DNA of 64,000 nucleotides from Candidatus Latescibacterota bacterium. Its GTDB lineage: Bacteria; Latescibacterota; UBA2968; SICM01. A program made the translations under genes and the position numbers. The stretch covers positions 2,720,001 through 2,784,000 of the forward strand of contig CBDCJO010000002.1 of NCBI GenBank assembly GCA_965217865.1. The letters are read 5' to 3'. Within the stretch, counting starts at the first letter, position 1. Every line of letters starts with the position of its first letter. Of the stretch, positions 37,405-48,064 are shown one piece after another. The notes under the pieces are model-generated. The model was given only the letters and a program-made list of their open reading frames with translations. It searched no databases and had not been told where the DNA came from.

Positions 37405-40400
37405 ATGTCGAAACACAAAATGATATGGATCGGCATAATGTCTTGGGGTTTGATGGCCTTCCTTCCCCGCGGGACATTCGCACAGTACACTGTGTTCGGC
37501 AAGAATAAGGTGAACTATGTGAACTATGATTGGCAATACATTCAATGCACCCATTTCGACGTCTATTTTTCAAAAGGTTCCTACGGCCTGGCGGAGTTCA
37601 CGGCCAAAGAGGCCGAAAGAGCCCTTATCCGGATCCAGCAGGATCTCCAGTATATACTCCACAACCGCGTACCGCTGGTCATCTACAATTCCCACAACGG
37701 GTTTGCCCAGACCAACATCACGCTTGGGGATCTCCCCGAAGGGATCGGAGGATTCACCGAATTCGCTCAAAACCGTGTCGTAATCCCTTACCAGGGTTCA
37801 TACGACCAGTTCCGACACGTGATTCACCACGAACTGGTCCACGCGGTTACCATCGAGCAACTGACCGGTGGCAATGGGTTGTCTGCTCTGGTGTCGCAGG
37901 CCGCGACCCTGCCCCCCCTCTGGATCGCAGAGGGAATGGCCGAGTATCTTTCGTTGGGATGGGATAAACAGACGGATAACATGATGCGGGATGCCACGAT
38001 TACGGGCTACGTCCCCCCCATCGCGCAGATTTTCGGGGGTTTGTTCGCCTATAAAGGGGGCCAGTCGATCTTCAAGATGATCGAGGAGAAGTATGGGAAG
38101 AAGAAAATCGCGGAGTTCGAGGCGGCCCTTAAGACGGCCAGGATGCCGGACAAGGCCCTGAAGGCCAGCCTGGGGATCGACACGGAGAAGCTCTCGGAGG
38201 ATTGGCACCTCTGGCTGAAGCGGCGTTACTGGAACGACATCAACCTGCGCGACACCCCCGAAGAGGCGGCCGTCAAACTGACCGATCGGAGGTACGACCA
38301 TTCGTTTTACAACCTTGCCCCTGCGATCTCGCCGCAGGGGGACAAGATCGCTTTTCTGACGGACCGGCGGACATACACGGATATCTATCTGATGTCGGCC
38401 ATCGACGGGAAGATCCTGAAGCGTCTGGTGGACGGGGAGAAGTCCTCCAAATTCGAGACGATGTTCCTGCTCAGCCCGGGGATCACCTGGTCTCCCGACG
38501 GCAAGGAGATCGCCTTTATCGCCAAGGCCGGGGACCGCAACGCCCTCTACACGCTCAACGTACGGAAGACGAAGTTGACCCGGAAGGTGAAGTTCGACCT
38601 GGACGGGATGTTCAAGCCCTCCTGGTCCCCGGATGGCAAGCGGATGGTGGTGGTGGGGCTGAAGTCTGGCGTTTCGGACCTCTACATGATAGGCCTGGAG
38701 GATCGGTCCATCCGCCGGATCACGGCGGACCCCTACGAGGAGACCGACCCGGAGTGGTCGCCAGACGGCGAATGGATCGCATTCTCATCGGACCGGCCCG
38801 ATGCGACGGTGACGTTCGAGGGGGACCGGGATTTTCCGTTCGGGCAGTACGATGTATTCGTCATGCGGCCCGACGGGCAGGAGATGCGACGGATCACGAA
38901 CGATCTCTCCCTGGACAGCAAGCCGAGCTGGTCGCCTGACGGCAACCGGATCGCTTTCATCTCGGACCGATCAGGGGTGGGCAACATCTACATCGCCGAG
39001 TTGGACAGCCTGGTTGGCAAGCCCGCAAGATACTATCCGACAAAGGACTCCACGCTGCTGGCCGAACAGGTGGACACGATGATGCTCCCCATTGCATATC
39101 CGATCACCAACCTGTTGGCCTCCTGCGAGGACATTCACTGGTCTGCAGACGGGAAAAAGATTGCCTTCTCCGCCTTCCACAAGGCGGGATACGACATCTA
39201 TGCCATGAAGGATCCTCTGGAACACCGAATGACGGACGACGATATTCCACCCACGATCTTTGCAACCCGCCTGACCCGGAGGGATGCGACCAAAGAAGCC
39301 CCTGCAGGGGACTCGGAAGAAGAAACAGACCCATTTTCAACCCGTTCGGACTCAGCGAACATTAGAGAAGAATCCTCCGGTGATCCGGTGGCACAGAGGC
39401 CTGATGAGAGTCCCGAAGGGGATACGGGTGATGAAGTGTGGACCATCGAGGAGGAGGGGTTTGCATCGGCGAAGTCATCCGTTCCAGAGGCGCCGAAAGA
39501 CCAGGGAGAACCGAAAGAGCAGGAGGAGCCCGAGGCTCAGCAGGTGGAATGGTTGGGCCTGCCCGAAAAGAAATTCGAGGTACACAACTACAAGTTAAAA
39601 TTTAAGCCCGAACTGTTCGCCGCCAACGCCGGTTTCGACACCTTCTACGGCGTTAGCGGACTGGCGCAGCTCTCCCTCACCGACATGATGGGCAACCATC
39701 GTGCAATTTTCGCGACAAGCCTTAACTTCTCGTTGCGGGACAGCGACTTTTTCGGTTCTTACGCCTACCTCAAGCGGAGAACCCAATACGCCGGTCTGCT
39801 CTATCACACCCGTTATTTTTTCTTCACGCAGACCCAGCTGGCGGCTGATCGGATCTACGGGTTCGACCTTCTTTTGGAGCGGCCTTTCAATAGGTTCTCC
39901 CGGCTCGAGTTGAGCAACAGGTTCGTGAACATCAGCCGGGAGATCATAGATGATCGCCAGACCAGCCCGTTCGTCCGCGGGGGCTTCTTCGCGGGCACGA
40001 CACGGGGGCTGAGAGGCCAGACCCTTTCTACACGTCGGGCATATACCACCGCGGCTTCTCTGGTCCAAGACAACACCCTGATGGGATTCTTCGGTCCGGT
40101 CGACGGCTCACGGTCCCGTCTTGCGTTTGAGCGGAGCTGGACAGGTCTGACTTTCAACACAGTGGAACTGGACACCAGACACTATTTTCGTTTCCTGAGC
40201 GATTACACCTTTGCCCTTCGTCTGGCCGGCGGCAGCAGTTACGGGAAGAACAGACAGATCTTCTTCCTGGGTGGTGTAAACAACGAGATCAATCCTATCC
40301 TATCGACAAACAGCCCCCTGAACGACCTGGATTCAGACGAGGTCTTCTTTTCCAAGTTTGTCTGGCCCCTGCGGGGGCTGGGCCTGTTCGAGCAGGCCGG

Positions 40401-40752
40401 GGACACGTATCTGCTCGGCAACGTGGAGTTCCGGTTCCCGATCATCCGGCAACTCGCCCTGGGCTGGCCCCTCCCATTCCTCTTCCAGAACGTGGAGGGA
40501 AGCCTCTTTCTCGACATCGGAGGCGCGTTCGATCGGGACAATTTCGATCCGTGGGATATCCGGGATGGAGGGATTGTCTTAAACGGATTTGAGCCGACAA
40601 AACAGGGCGGTTTTGCTGCCGGTTACGGTCTGGGTATACGCCTCAACTTGGGGATCTTCCTCTTCCGTTACGATCTGGCGTGGCCTACCGACATGGCACA
40701 GACATTTAGCCCGAAACACTACTACTCGGCCGATATCCAGGGACTATTCTAG
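37405..40752 (+). CDS. Omp85/BamA-family barrel fused to an N-terminal gluzincin-like peptidase and PD40 (TolB-like) beta-propeller repeats
   Basis: Signal peptide; HHELVH...EGMAEY; repeated WSPDG; C-terminal LRG...GNVEFRFP...F.DIG...GYGLGIR...FRYDLAWP. Confidence 0.85.
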   Translation: MSKHKMIWIGIMSWGLMAFLPRGTFAQYTVFGKNKVNYVNYDWQYIQCTHFDVYFSKGSYGLAEFTAKEAERALIRIQQDLQYILHNRVPLVIYNSHNGFAQTNITLGDLPEGIGGFTEFAQNRVVIPYQGSYDQFRHVIHHELVHAVTIEQLTGGNGLSALVSQAATLPPLWIAEGMAEYLSLGWDKQTDNMMRDATITGYVPPIAQIFGGLFAYKGGQSIFKMIEEKYGKKKIAEFEAALKTARMPDKALKASLGIDTEKLSEDWHLWLKRRYWNDINLRDTPEEAAVKLTDRRYDHSFYNLAPAISPQGDKIAFLTDRRTYTDIYLMSAIDGKILKRLVDGEKSSKFETMFLLSPGITWSPDGKEIAFIAKAGDRNALYTLNVRKTKLTRKVKFDLDGMFKPSWSPDGKRMVVVGLKSGVSDLYMIGLEDRSIRRITADPYEETDPEWSPDGEWIAFSSDRPDATVTFEGDRDFPFGQYDVFVMRPDGQEMRRITNDLSLDSKPSWSPDGNRIAFISDRSGVGNIYIAELDSLVGKPARYYPTKDSTLLAEQVDTMMLPIAYPITNLLASCEDIHWSADGKKIAFSAFHKAGYDIYAMKDPLEHRMTDDDIPPTIFATRLTRRDATKEAPAGDSEEETDPFSTRSDSANIREESSGDPVAQRPDESPEGDTGDEVWTIEEEGFASAKSSVPEAPKDQGEPKEQEEPEAQQVEWLGLPEKKFEVHNYKLKFKPELFAANAGFDTFYGVSGLAQLSLTDMMGNHRAIFATSLNFSLRDSDFFGSYAYLKRRTQYAGLLYHTRYFFFTQTQLAADRIYGFDLLLERPFNRFSRLELSNRFVNISREIIDDRQTSPFVRGGFFAGTTRGLRGQTLSTRRAYTTAASLVQDNTLMGFFGPVDGSRSRLAFERSWTGLTFNTVELDTRHYFRFLSDYTFALRLAGGSSYGKNRQIFFLGGVNNEINPILSTNSPLNDLDSDEVFFSKFVWPLRGLGLFEQAGDTYLLGNVEFRFPIIRQLALGWPLPFLFQNVEGSLFLDIGGAFDRDNFDPWDIRDGGIVLNGFEPTKQGGFAAGYGLGIRLNLGIFLFRYDLAWPTDMAQTFSPKHYYSADIQGLF

Positions 40753-40788
40753 GAAGGAAACCGGATCTGCCGAACAACGCTTGCTGGA

Positions 40789-40824
40789 TAATAGGCGGTT
40801 CAGACCCATCTGAACCGCCTATTA
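40789..40824. terminator. Bidirectional terminator between convergent genes
   Basis: Perfect 16-bp stem TAATAGGCGGTTCAGA-ccca-TCTGAACCGCCTATTA. Confidence 0.8.
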
Positions 40825-40850
40825 CTTTTCAATATCCCTTGGTACTCAGC

Positions 40851-43211
40851 TTACGGAGCCCCACCCAGATCGGAAATCCGTTCCCTCGCTCTCTGTCTTA
40901 ATCCTTCGTCCGATCCCTGATGGATACAATCCAAGAATGCTTCAATGGCGCCAGCTGTATCCCCGATGGCGGCCAAGGCTCCGCCCAGATTAAAACTGGC
41001 ATCCGGGTAATCAGGTCGGCCTTGGAGCGCCCGGCGAATCTCCACGATCGAACCTTCGATGTCGCCTTTGTACTTCAGTCCGATCCCGAGGTTGTTATGG
41101 GCCTCGGGGTAGCCCGGTTTTATCCTGAGAGCTTCCTGCCACTCACCGATGGCGTTGTCCAGATCTCCTTTTACATACAGAGCGATGCCGAGGTTGTTAT
41201 GGGCTTCCGGGAGATCGGGTTTTATCGCGATGGCCTGTCTGTAGGCATGGATCGCACCATCCAGTTCACCCCTTTCTTTCAAAACCACCCCGAGATTGTT
41301 ATAGGCCTCAAAAAATTCGGGTTTCAATCGTATCGCCTCTCGATGCGCCTTAACGCCTTCATCGAGTTTACCCAACTTGGAAAGGGCGACCCCCCGATTG
41401 TTGTGTGCTTCTGCATAGTCTGGAAAAATCGATAATGCATCTTGACCATAAGAGAGGGCCTCCTCCAGTCGGCCCTGCCGGACATAGATCGAGGAGACGC
41501 CATTCAGGGCTCGCCAGTCGTGGGGCTTGTAAACCAGGGCCTTACGGTAGGCATTTTCGGCCTGGGAAATCCGATTCAATTTCTCCAGAGCATGGCCTTT
41601 GTAAATTAGGATATGCGGCCTGAAGGTTCCGAATGCGAGCGCCCGATTTGCCTCTGCCAACACATCGGACCAGGATCCCTTGTGTGACCAGAAAATACTG
41701 CGGAGGTAGTGTCGGTCAAACCCTATCTGCTGCAACGTCATGTGGATTGCCAGCAGGGGGACCGCCATGGAGAGATAAAGGCCGATGCGACCGACAATCC
41801 GGGAGCTTACCGGGGGATTGTTCTGATCGGTTCTACCGGCAATCACCCCGAACAACAGGTAGGGGTACATGGCGGTATGAGGCTGTTCCTTTGGGAAGCC
41901 GAAGAAGGCCGTTCCCAAGTACGATAACAGAGAAAGGGCGAACATCAGCGCTATGACCCGTGAAAACGGCTCAGGGCTTCGGGACATCACCCCGAGTCGT
42001 CGGAATGCCGTAAAAAGCAACCAGAGATAAACACTCAACCCAAGGAGCCCCAGTTCGGAGGCGATCCAGAGATAGTCGTTGTGTGGTCTATGAAAAGAGT
42101 TCACTGCATTTATCGTTGCGCCCTGGTCGTAGGGAGGATACATTCGCTTCCATCCCCCTGGACCGACCCCCAGTAAAGGGTGATCCACGACCATGCGGAG
42201 GGTAATGCCCCATATCGCGAGCCGTCCCTCCCGAGATTGGTCATAGGGACCATCTTGATCTCCGGTGAAAATGGAAGAGGCGGTTGTGACGAATTCCGCC
42301 TTAGATTCAGAGAGACCAATCGAAGGAGGGAGCGCGGCCATCGCGACAAAAAGGAGAAAGAGTACCACCCCAAGGCCAATTTTTCTTCGATCCAGAGTCG
42401 AACGGGCGATCTCCATTAACGACTGCCGCCATTTTGGGGTGACCATCGGGGCAATCACAAATAGAAGGACAACCGCAGCGCTTATCCAGGAAGACCGTGC
42501 GCGGGTATAGACGAGGAAGACCGCCATAAGTGTGATGGAAATACCTGATACGATAAGTATGGCAAGACGTTTCCCGGTCAAAAAAAGAAGCCCAGCCAGA
42601 GGAATGACGCAGATGATGAACTCGGCGGCCAGGTTCCGATTGATCAATGTGGCGCTTGGCATGGCCCGGGAAGGCACGTCGAGAAATGCGAGGCCGTGGT
42701 ATTGAAGGACGCCGATGATGGACACAACCAGCGCGGTCGCTGTCGCGCTCCAAAGGATCGCCCGCAGACTCGAGAAAGGGAAGGCATTAGCCGCAACAAA
42801 GATCAATACGACAAGGGACACCTGGTTAACCAGTTCTACGATAGTGTTTAGAGAATGGGTGGTGGCCGGCGCCGAAAGCAAGCCGGTTCCGATCAAACAG
42901 ATCGCAGGGACGAAAAGGGGGGATGAGATGAGATGAGTTTCCTTGCCCCATCGGGTCTGTAATAACCAACCCAGTGAGGACAGCGCGAGGCATACTTGGA
43001 GGGCCAAGAATTTGGGAAGGAGCCCAACTTTGAATATCCCGGGATAATAGACCAGGGGAACAGAAATGACCATCAGACAAAGGCCGATTAGAACGAGGCG
43101 ACCCCCTTGTGAACACGGGAAGGAAGCCGACTGGGAAAAGGATCCGGAAATCGGTTCTACTGGACGATGTCGATCCCCTTTGCCGAAGATGGCCTTTATA
43201 TCCATGATCAT
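40851..43211 (-). CDS. Wzy_C-TPR protein, stand-alone seventh paralogue
   Basis: PSATLINRN, YTRARSSW, REGRLAIW, HPLLGVGPGGW, PHNDYL; regular TPRs (EAHNNLG). Confidence 0.87.
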   Translation of the reverse strand: MIMDIKAIFGKGDRHRPVEPISGSFSQSASFPCSQGGRLVLIGLCLMVISVPLVYYPGIFKVGLLPKFLALQVCLALSSLGWLLQTRWGKETHLISSPLFVPAICLIGTGLLSAPATTHSLNTIVELVNQVSLVVLIFVAANAFPFSSLRAILWSATATALVVSIIGVLQYHGLAFLDVPSRAMPSATLINRNLAAEFIICVIPLAGLLFLTGKRLAILIVSGISITLMAVFLVYTRARSSWISAAVVLLFVIAPMVTPKWRQSLMEIARSTLDRRKIGLGVVLFLLFVAMAALPPSIGLSESKAEFVTTASSIFTGDQDGPYDQSREGRLAIWGITLRMVVDHPLLGVGPGGWKRMYPPYDQGATINAVNSFHRPHNDYLWIASELGLLGLSVYLWLLFTAFRRLGVMSRSPEPFSRVIALMFALSLLSYLGTAFFGFPKEQPHTAMYPYLLFGVIAGRTDQNNPPVSSRIVGRIGLYLSMAVPLLAIHMTLQQIGFDRHYLRSIFWSHKGSWSDVLAEANRALAFGTFRPHILIYKGHALEKLNRISQAENAYRKALVYKPHDWRALNGVSSIYVRQGRLEEALSYGQDALSIFPDYAEAHNNRGVALSKLGKLDEGVKAHREAIRLKPEFFEAYNNLGVVLKERGELDGAIHAYRQAIAIKPDLPEAHNNLGIALYVKGDLDNAIGEWQEALRIKPGYPEAHNNLGIGLKYKGDIEGSIVEIRRALQGRPDYPDASFNLGGALAAIGDTAGAIEAFLDCIHQGSDEGLRQRARERISDLGGAP

Positions 43212-43500
43212 TGTTGAACTAAAAACAATGTTGAACCGTCCGCCTTCCGGACGATGCGACGGAAAACCGTCCCCACGACTTAGGTGTGGACACCTTCGGT
43301 TCTGGTTCTAACGCCTTTTGATTATTTATCCCAAAAGGGTATATTAATCGAGGAATCGCCCTTCAAGGAATTTCGTTTGATGAACCACGACATCCCCAAA
43401 ATTCTTCCCCGGTTGATCTTCATGAATTTGTCGTTCGAAACCTCCCCTGCTCTGGGATGATCAATCATGCACACGGGCAACTCATGTCGTGGAGGTTTAG

Positions 43501-44133
43501 GTGGCCAAAAAATTTAAGATCCCGTTATTCCCGTTAAAAGTCGTCCTGTTTCCGGACATGGTCATCCCGCTCCACATCTTCGAGGAGCGCTACAAACTGA
43601 TGATCAACGAATGTCTCGACCAAGAATCCGAGTTCGGGATTGCGCGGGGGACGGATGAACATTTTGAGGGGATCGGATGCGCGGCGTACGTAAAAAAAGT
43701 GCTCGAAAGATACCCCGACGGGAGGCTGAACATCTTGGCTAAAGGCACCCGGCGCTTCCGGATCGCCGAGGGACTCACGGAATCGTCTCTTCCGACACAC
43801 GAAAAACCCTATCGGGTGGCCATCGTTGAGACTCTCGAAGATAAAGACCACGAAGCCGATCCTGCGGTTTTCGAACGGGTCTCCAGTCTGTATCGTGAAG
43901 CCATGCACCTGGCACTGGGATGGATCCATTCCGAGTCCATCAAACCGAATCCAGAGCGCCTCTCCTTTCAAGTTGCCACGAACTTGTCGATGGCCCTCGA
44001 TGAAAAACAGGCCATCCTGGAGATGCGATCCGAAAAAACCCGTCTCCATCGGCTTGCCGAAATTCTAGAAAAATCTCTCTCCGGAATCCGCGAGATGAAG
44101 CGAAGGATCGGGGGAAACGGTCACCTGGCTTGA
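43501..44133 (+). CDS. LON peptidase substrate-binding domain protein
   Basis: IPLFPL..VLFP...PLHIFEERY, DGR.NI...G..RF, KQAILE. Confidence 0.88.
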   Translation: MAKKFKIPLFPLKVVLFPDMVIPLHIFEERYKLMINECLDQESEFGIARGTDEHFEGIGCAAYVKKVLERYPDGRLNILAKGTRRFRIAEGLTESSLPTHEKPYRVAIVETLEDKDHEADPAVFERVSSLYREAMHLALGWIHSESIKPNPERLSFQVATNLSMALDEKQAILEMRSEKTRLHRLAEILEKSLSGIREMKRRIGGNGHLA

Positions 44134-44154
44134 ACGAGACTGAAAATTACTCTT

Positions 44155-44712
44155 ATGGATCGAATCGAAGCCTGGTCCCTGTTGAATGAATATACGAAAG
44201 GAGAGGGATTGAAAAAACACGCCCTTTCGGTTGAGTCGGCCTTGAGGGCTTATGCCCGTCATTTCGGTGAAGACGAAGAGGTATGGGGATTGACAGGCTT
44301 GATTCACGACTTTGATTATGAACGTTGGCCGGACCCACCCGACCATCCCTTAAAGGGAACCGAAATCCTTCGATCGAAGGGCTGTCCTGAGGAAATCATC
44401 TACGCCATACAATCACACGCAAAATATTTGGGCCTTCCGCGGAAGACCCTCCTTGATAAGTCTCTCTTTTCCGTCGATGAACTCACCGGCATGATTACTG
44501 CGACGGTGTTGGTTCAACCCTCCCGGAGTTTGTCAGATCTCAAATCGGGATCGGTGTTGAAGAAAATGAAGAACAAAGGCTTTGCGCGATCCGTAAATCG
44601 AGAGGACATCGTGCAGGGAGCCGCCGATCTGGGGGTGGAACTGGAAGCCCACATAGATTTCGTCATTGATTCCATGCGGGGGATTGCCCCACAGTTGGGT
44701 TTTGAGTCATAA
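44155..44712 (+). CDS. HD/HDIG-domain metal-dependent phosphohydrolase
   Basis: KH...VE, GLIHDFDYE, HP..G, DEL.G, FARSVNR. Confidence 0.88.
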   Translation: MDRIEAWSLLNEYTKGEGLKKHALSVESALRAYARHFGEDEEVWGLTGLIHDFDYERWPDPPDHPLKGTEILRSKGCPEEIIYAIQSHAKYLGLPRKTLLDKSLFSVDELTGMITATVLVQPSRSLSDLKSGSVLKKMKNKGFARSVNREDIVQGAADLGVELEAHIDFVIDSMRGIAPQLGFES

Positions 44713-44719
44713 AATCAAA

Positions 44720-44748
44720 TTGACTTATCTCGACACCTTTCTTATAAT
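44720..44748 (+). promoter_or_regulatory. Near-consensus sigma70 promoter
   Basis: TTGACT-N17-TATAAT. Confidence 0.75.
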
Positions 44749-44754
44749 TTTTTT

Positions 44755-44882
44755 TGTGGAATGCCCGGTGAGACAATCGAAAAAAGATCCCATAAAGAAC
44801 ATCCCTGAACGAACGGATTGGATCACCTTTCAGATCCATAAACCGGGACAAACCGCTGCGAAAGATGCGGTTTTTATTTTTT
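44755..44882 (+). ncRNA. Putative structured sRNA or leader RNA ending in an intrinsic terminator
   Basis: CCCGGT(44764)/ACCGGG(44842) enclose the hairpins ATCC..GGAT and TGGATC..GATCCA; terminator AAACCGC-N10-GCGGTTT plus a U tract. Confidence 0.4.
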
Positions 44883-44932
44883 CGCACCCGGGACGATCCT
44901 TCACCCTGCTGTTAACCGCCGAGGATTAAAGG

Positions 44933-46379
44933 ATGCCTCTCGCGTTCAACCGTACCAGTCCCCTGATATTGGGAATTTTTGCGGTGCTCCTGGTCATCAC
45001 CTTTGCGCTGGGCCTCATCGTGGCGAGGACATCTTATTTCACAAGCATCGGGATCCTGGTAGGGATCATTGTATTTATCCTTTGTTTCGTCAGCACCGAG
45101 ATCGCCATCTATCTCCTGATCTTTGCGACACTCCTTTCACCTGAATTCGGGAGCAGAGAGACTCACGGTGGAGGCGTCACCCTGAGGGCGGAGGATTTTC
45201 TGCTTGTGCTCATCGGTTTTAGCCAACTCGCCCGTTCGGCCCCTTTACAAAGGCGTCGGGCTGTTCCGTTCCACGCCCTTGAACTATCCGATTATATGCT
45301 ACCTCCTTGCCACCATATTCTCCACCGGCCTCGGGATCATGTTCGGCCGGGTAAAGGGCTTGTCCGGCGCATTTTTCGTTCTTAAATACGCCGAATACTA
45401 TGTGGTCTACTTCATGGTGATCAACAACCTCCACACAAAGCAGCAGGCCAAGCAGTATATGGCGGCAATCCTGATCACCGCCGCAATCGTCTCCTTCGTT
45501 GCCATTGCCCAGATTCCGGCCGGCGGTCGAATCACGGCACCGTTTGAGGGTGATTCCGGAGAGCCCAACACCCTGGGCGGCTATCTCCTCTTGATCTTCG
45601 CCGTCGTCGCCTCCCTCTTTCTCAGCGCCCGTCCGCAGGACTCGATGAGGTATAAGTTTGTCCTCCTGGCGATGTGCGGACTGATTATCATCCCGATCCT
45701 GTTCACTCAGTCTCGTGCCACTTGGATGTCTTTCGTTCCCCTGTATATTGCCCTCCTGGTCCTGAGCCAGAGGCGGCTTGTCTTAATCGGCACCCTCATC
45801 GCTTTAGTGGTGATGGCCCCGTTTATCATGCCCGAAGCGGTAAAAAATCGGGTGGGGTATACCTTTTCGGAGGAGCAGGTAAGCCACGCCCGCAAACAGC
45901 AGGAAAAGATAGGGGGAATTACGTTCGACACCTCTTCTTCCGCCCGTCTGAAGATGTGGCGGGCCGTGTTCAAGGATTTTCCAAAACACCCGATCTTTGG
46001 CTACGGCATCACGGGGTGGCGATTTATCGACGCGCAGTACTTCCGGACTTTGATGGAGACGGGGCTTGTGGGTTTGACGGCTTTCCTTTACCTGCTCTGG
46101 GCGATTTTTCGGGAGACATGGCGGGTCTATAAGTCTGCACAGGACCACTTCTTGCGGAATGTGGCCATGGGATTCCTCGTCGGCTTCATCGCCATGACGT
46201 TCCACGCAGTCACGGCCAATACCTTCATCATCGTCCGGATCATGGAACCCTTCTGGCTGTTGGCCGGTATCGTGATTGTGACGCCCGAACTCGAAGCGGA
46301 AGAGGCAGCTCTGGAGCAGGAACCCGAGGCTGAGGCGAAACCCGTTCCCCTTCCCCGCCGGATGATGCCCGCCCGTTAA
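44933..46379 (+). CDS. O-antigen ligase/polymerase (Wzy_C) family protein without TPR; +1 frameshift in the C4 run 45240-45243
   Basis: Removing one C joins ARSA-LYKGVGLF; EPNTLGGY, TQSRATW, ARLKMW, HPIFGYG. Confidence 0.8.
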
Positions 46380-46400
46380 AGGAAGATAAGCCCACGAGAT

Positions 46401-47648
46401 CTATTGGTAACGAATCGCCTCAACCGGTTCGAGAAGAGCGGCGCTTCGTGCCGGAAATCTGGCCAACAGGTAACAAATAACCACCGCTGCCGCGGAAATG
46501 GCAGCGAAATCAGCACCTTGCATTTCGACCGGGAGCGAGCTGATAATATAGACATCTCCGGGTAAGGAAATGAATCGATAGCGTTCCTGGACAAAGCAGA
46601 GGACAAATCCTATCAAATTCCCCAGGACGACCCCCGCCAGACCCACCGTCAGTCCGTTATATGTGAAGATCCGCTGAAGGCTCTTTTGAGTGGCCCCCAT
46701 GGCCTTCAGGATCCCAATCTCACGTCGCTTGTCCATCACAATCATCGACAGGATGCTCATGATATTGAACGAGGCCACCACGATGATCAGACTCAACGCC
46801 AGAAAACTAAACCACTTCTCAAGTCGAATCCAGGCAAACAGGTTGGTGTTTTCACTGATCCAGGAAGTGGCGTACAGACCCGCATCCAGCGTTCTTAAAC
46901 CCCTCCGGAGTGACCCTGCGACGGCGTTGGCCTCAAGGGGGTCGATGACATTCACCCGGATACCCGAAACTTCATCTCCCCACCCCAATATGCGTTGCGC
47001 GGCTTTGAGGGAGATGACGACCAGTCCAGAGTCGAACTCGTAGTAGCCTGTATTGAAAATCCCCGTCAACGTAAATCGCCTGTACCGGGGCATCGCGGGA
47101 CCGGAAAATGTCCACTCGGGGACCATCAAGAAGACCTCCTCTCCCTGTTCCACGCCCAGCTTGTTGGCCAGGTACCGACCAATAACCATCCCCCCCACCG
47201 GAAGCCCATCCACCATTCGATCTTCTAAATCCAACATGCCCCCGTCCACATTCGCTGCCAAATCACTCACTTCTCCGAAGGAATCCACATCCACACCCCG
47301 GATGACCACTCCTGTAAATCGCTGCTCCTTGACGAAAATTAAACCTTCGCTCCGAATGAATGGCGAAACCCCGGTCACCGCAGCGTCCACCAGCGGGAGA
47401 TTTTCCATCACCTCTCCGTAGTTAGAGATCCTCTCCACCCCGACATGACGAACCGTCACGTGTGCGTTTACGCCCAGGAGACGGTCCCGGACCACTCCTG
47501 CAAACCCGTTCATCACCGAAAGCACGATCACAAGGGCGGCCACGCCCAGGGCGACTCCCACCACGGCGATCCCCGCGGTGACTGATATTCTACCCCGCCG
47601 TCGCACTGAGCGAAGATAACGGCTGGCAATGAGTGTCTCGTAGCTCAT
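46401..47648 (-). CDS. Lipoprotein-releasing ABC permease LolC/LolE family
   Basis: IASRYL, GVALGVAALVIVLSVMNGF, REIGILKAMGA, VYIISSLP, PARSAA.L.PVEAIRY. Confidence 0.92.
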   Translation of the reverse strand: MSYETLIASRYLRSVRRRGRISVTAGIAVVGVALGVAALVIVLSVMNGFAGVVRDRLLGVNAHVTVRHVGVERISNYGEVMENLPLVDAAVTGVSPFIRSEGLIFVKEQRFTGVVIRGVDVDSFGEVSDLAANVDGGMLDLEDRMVDGLPVGGMVIGRYLANKLGVEQGEEVFLMVPEWTFSGPAMPRYRRFTLTGIFNTGYYEFDSGLVVISLKAAQRILGWGDEVSGIRVNVIDPLEANAVAGSLRRGLRTLDAGLYATSWISENTNLFAWIRLEKWFSFLALSLIIVVASFNIMSILSMIVMDKRREIGILKAMGATQKSLQRIFTYNGLTVGLAGVVLGNLIGFVLCFVQERYRFISLPGDVYIISSLPVEMQGADFAAISAAAVVICYLLARFPARSAALLEPVEAIRYQ

Positions 47649-47678
47649 GAGATCAGGATTTGAAGGTCAACGGTCCGC

Positions 47679-48062
47679 TTAAGGTCTCGAATCGTGGTAA
47701 GTGTGAAAAATCACCGGCACACCCGCAGCACGGGCTGCAAGACGGCCAAGCACACCGGCCTTTGAAAGATGTGTATGGACAAGTTGGTACCCACCTTTCC
47801 GGATGATACGGAAAAGACGCCAAAAGGTCGTGAGGTCCTTCCCCGGATCGATTCCCCTCTGGAGACTCGGAATGATGTGGACCGGAATACCCACCGCTTC
47901 AGCCTGGTCAGCGATCCCCTCCTCAAAGGGTTCACCCCGCCCGCAGGCGATGGAGACCTCGTAGCGGTCGCGCCGAAGCCCCCCGGCGATGGCGAGCACG
48001 TTTTGGGGTGCACCCCCTACCACTAACCGCGTGATGACATGCAGGATTTTTATTCGACCCAG
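47679..48062 (-). pseudogene. GT4 glycosyltransferase, N-terminal domain only (truncated)
   Basis: IKILHVITRLVVGGA...VHTHLSKAGVLGRLAA...IFHTYH then a stop; the C-terminal domain is absent. Confidence 0.8.
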
Positions 48063-48064
48063 GA

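Noticed and set aside
38040-39060. Apparently higher GC3 in the PD40 part of the Omp85 fusion (possible recombined segment)
   Set aside because: Visual impression only; it needs a computed GC3 or codon profile.
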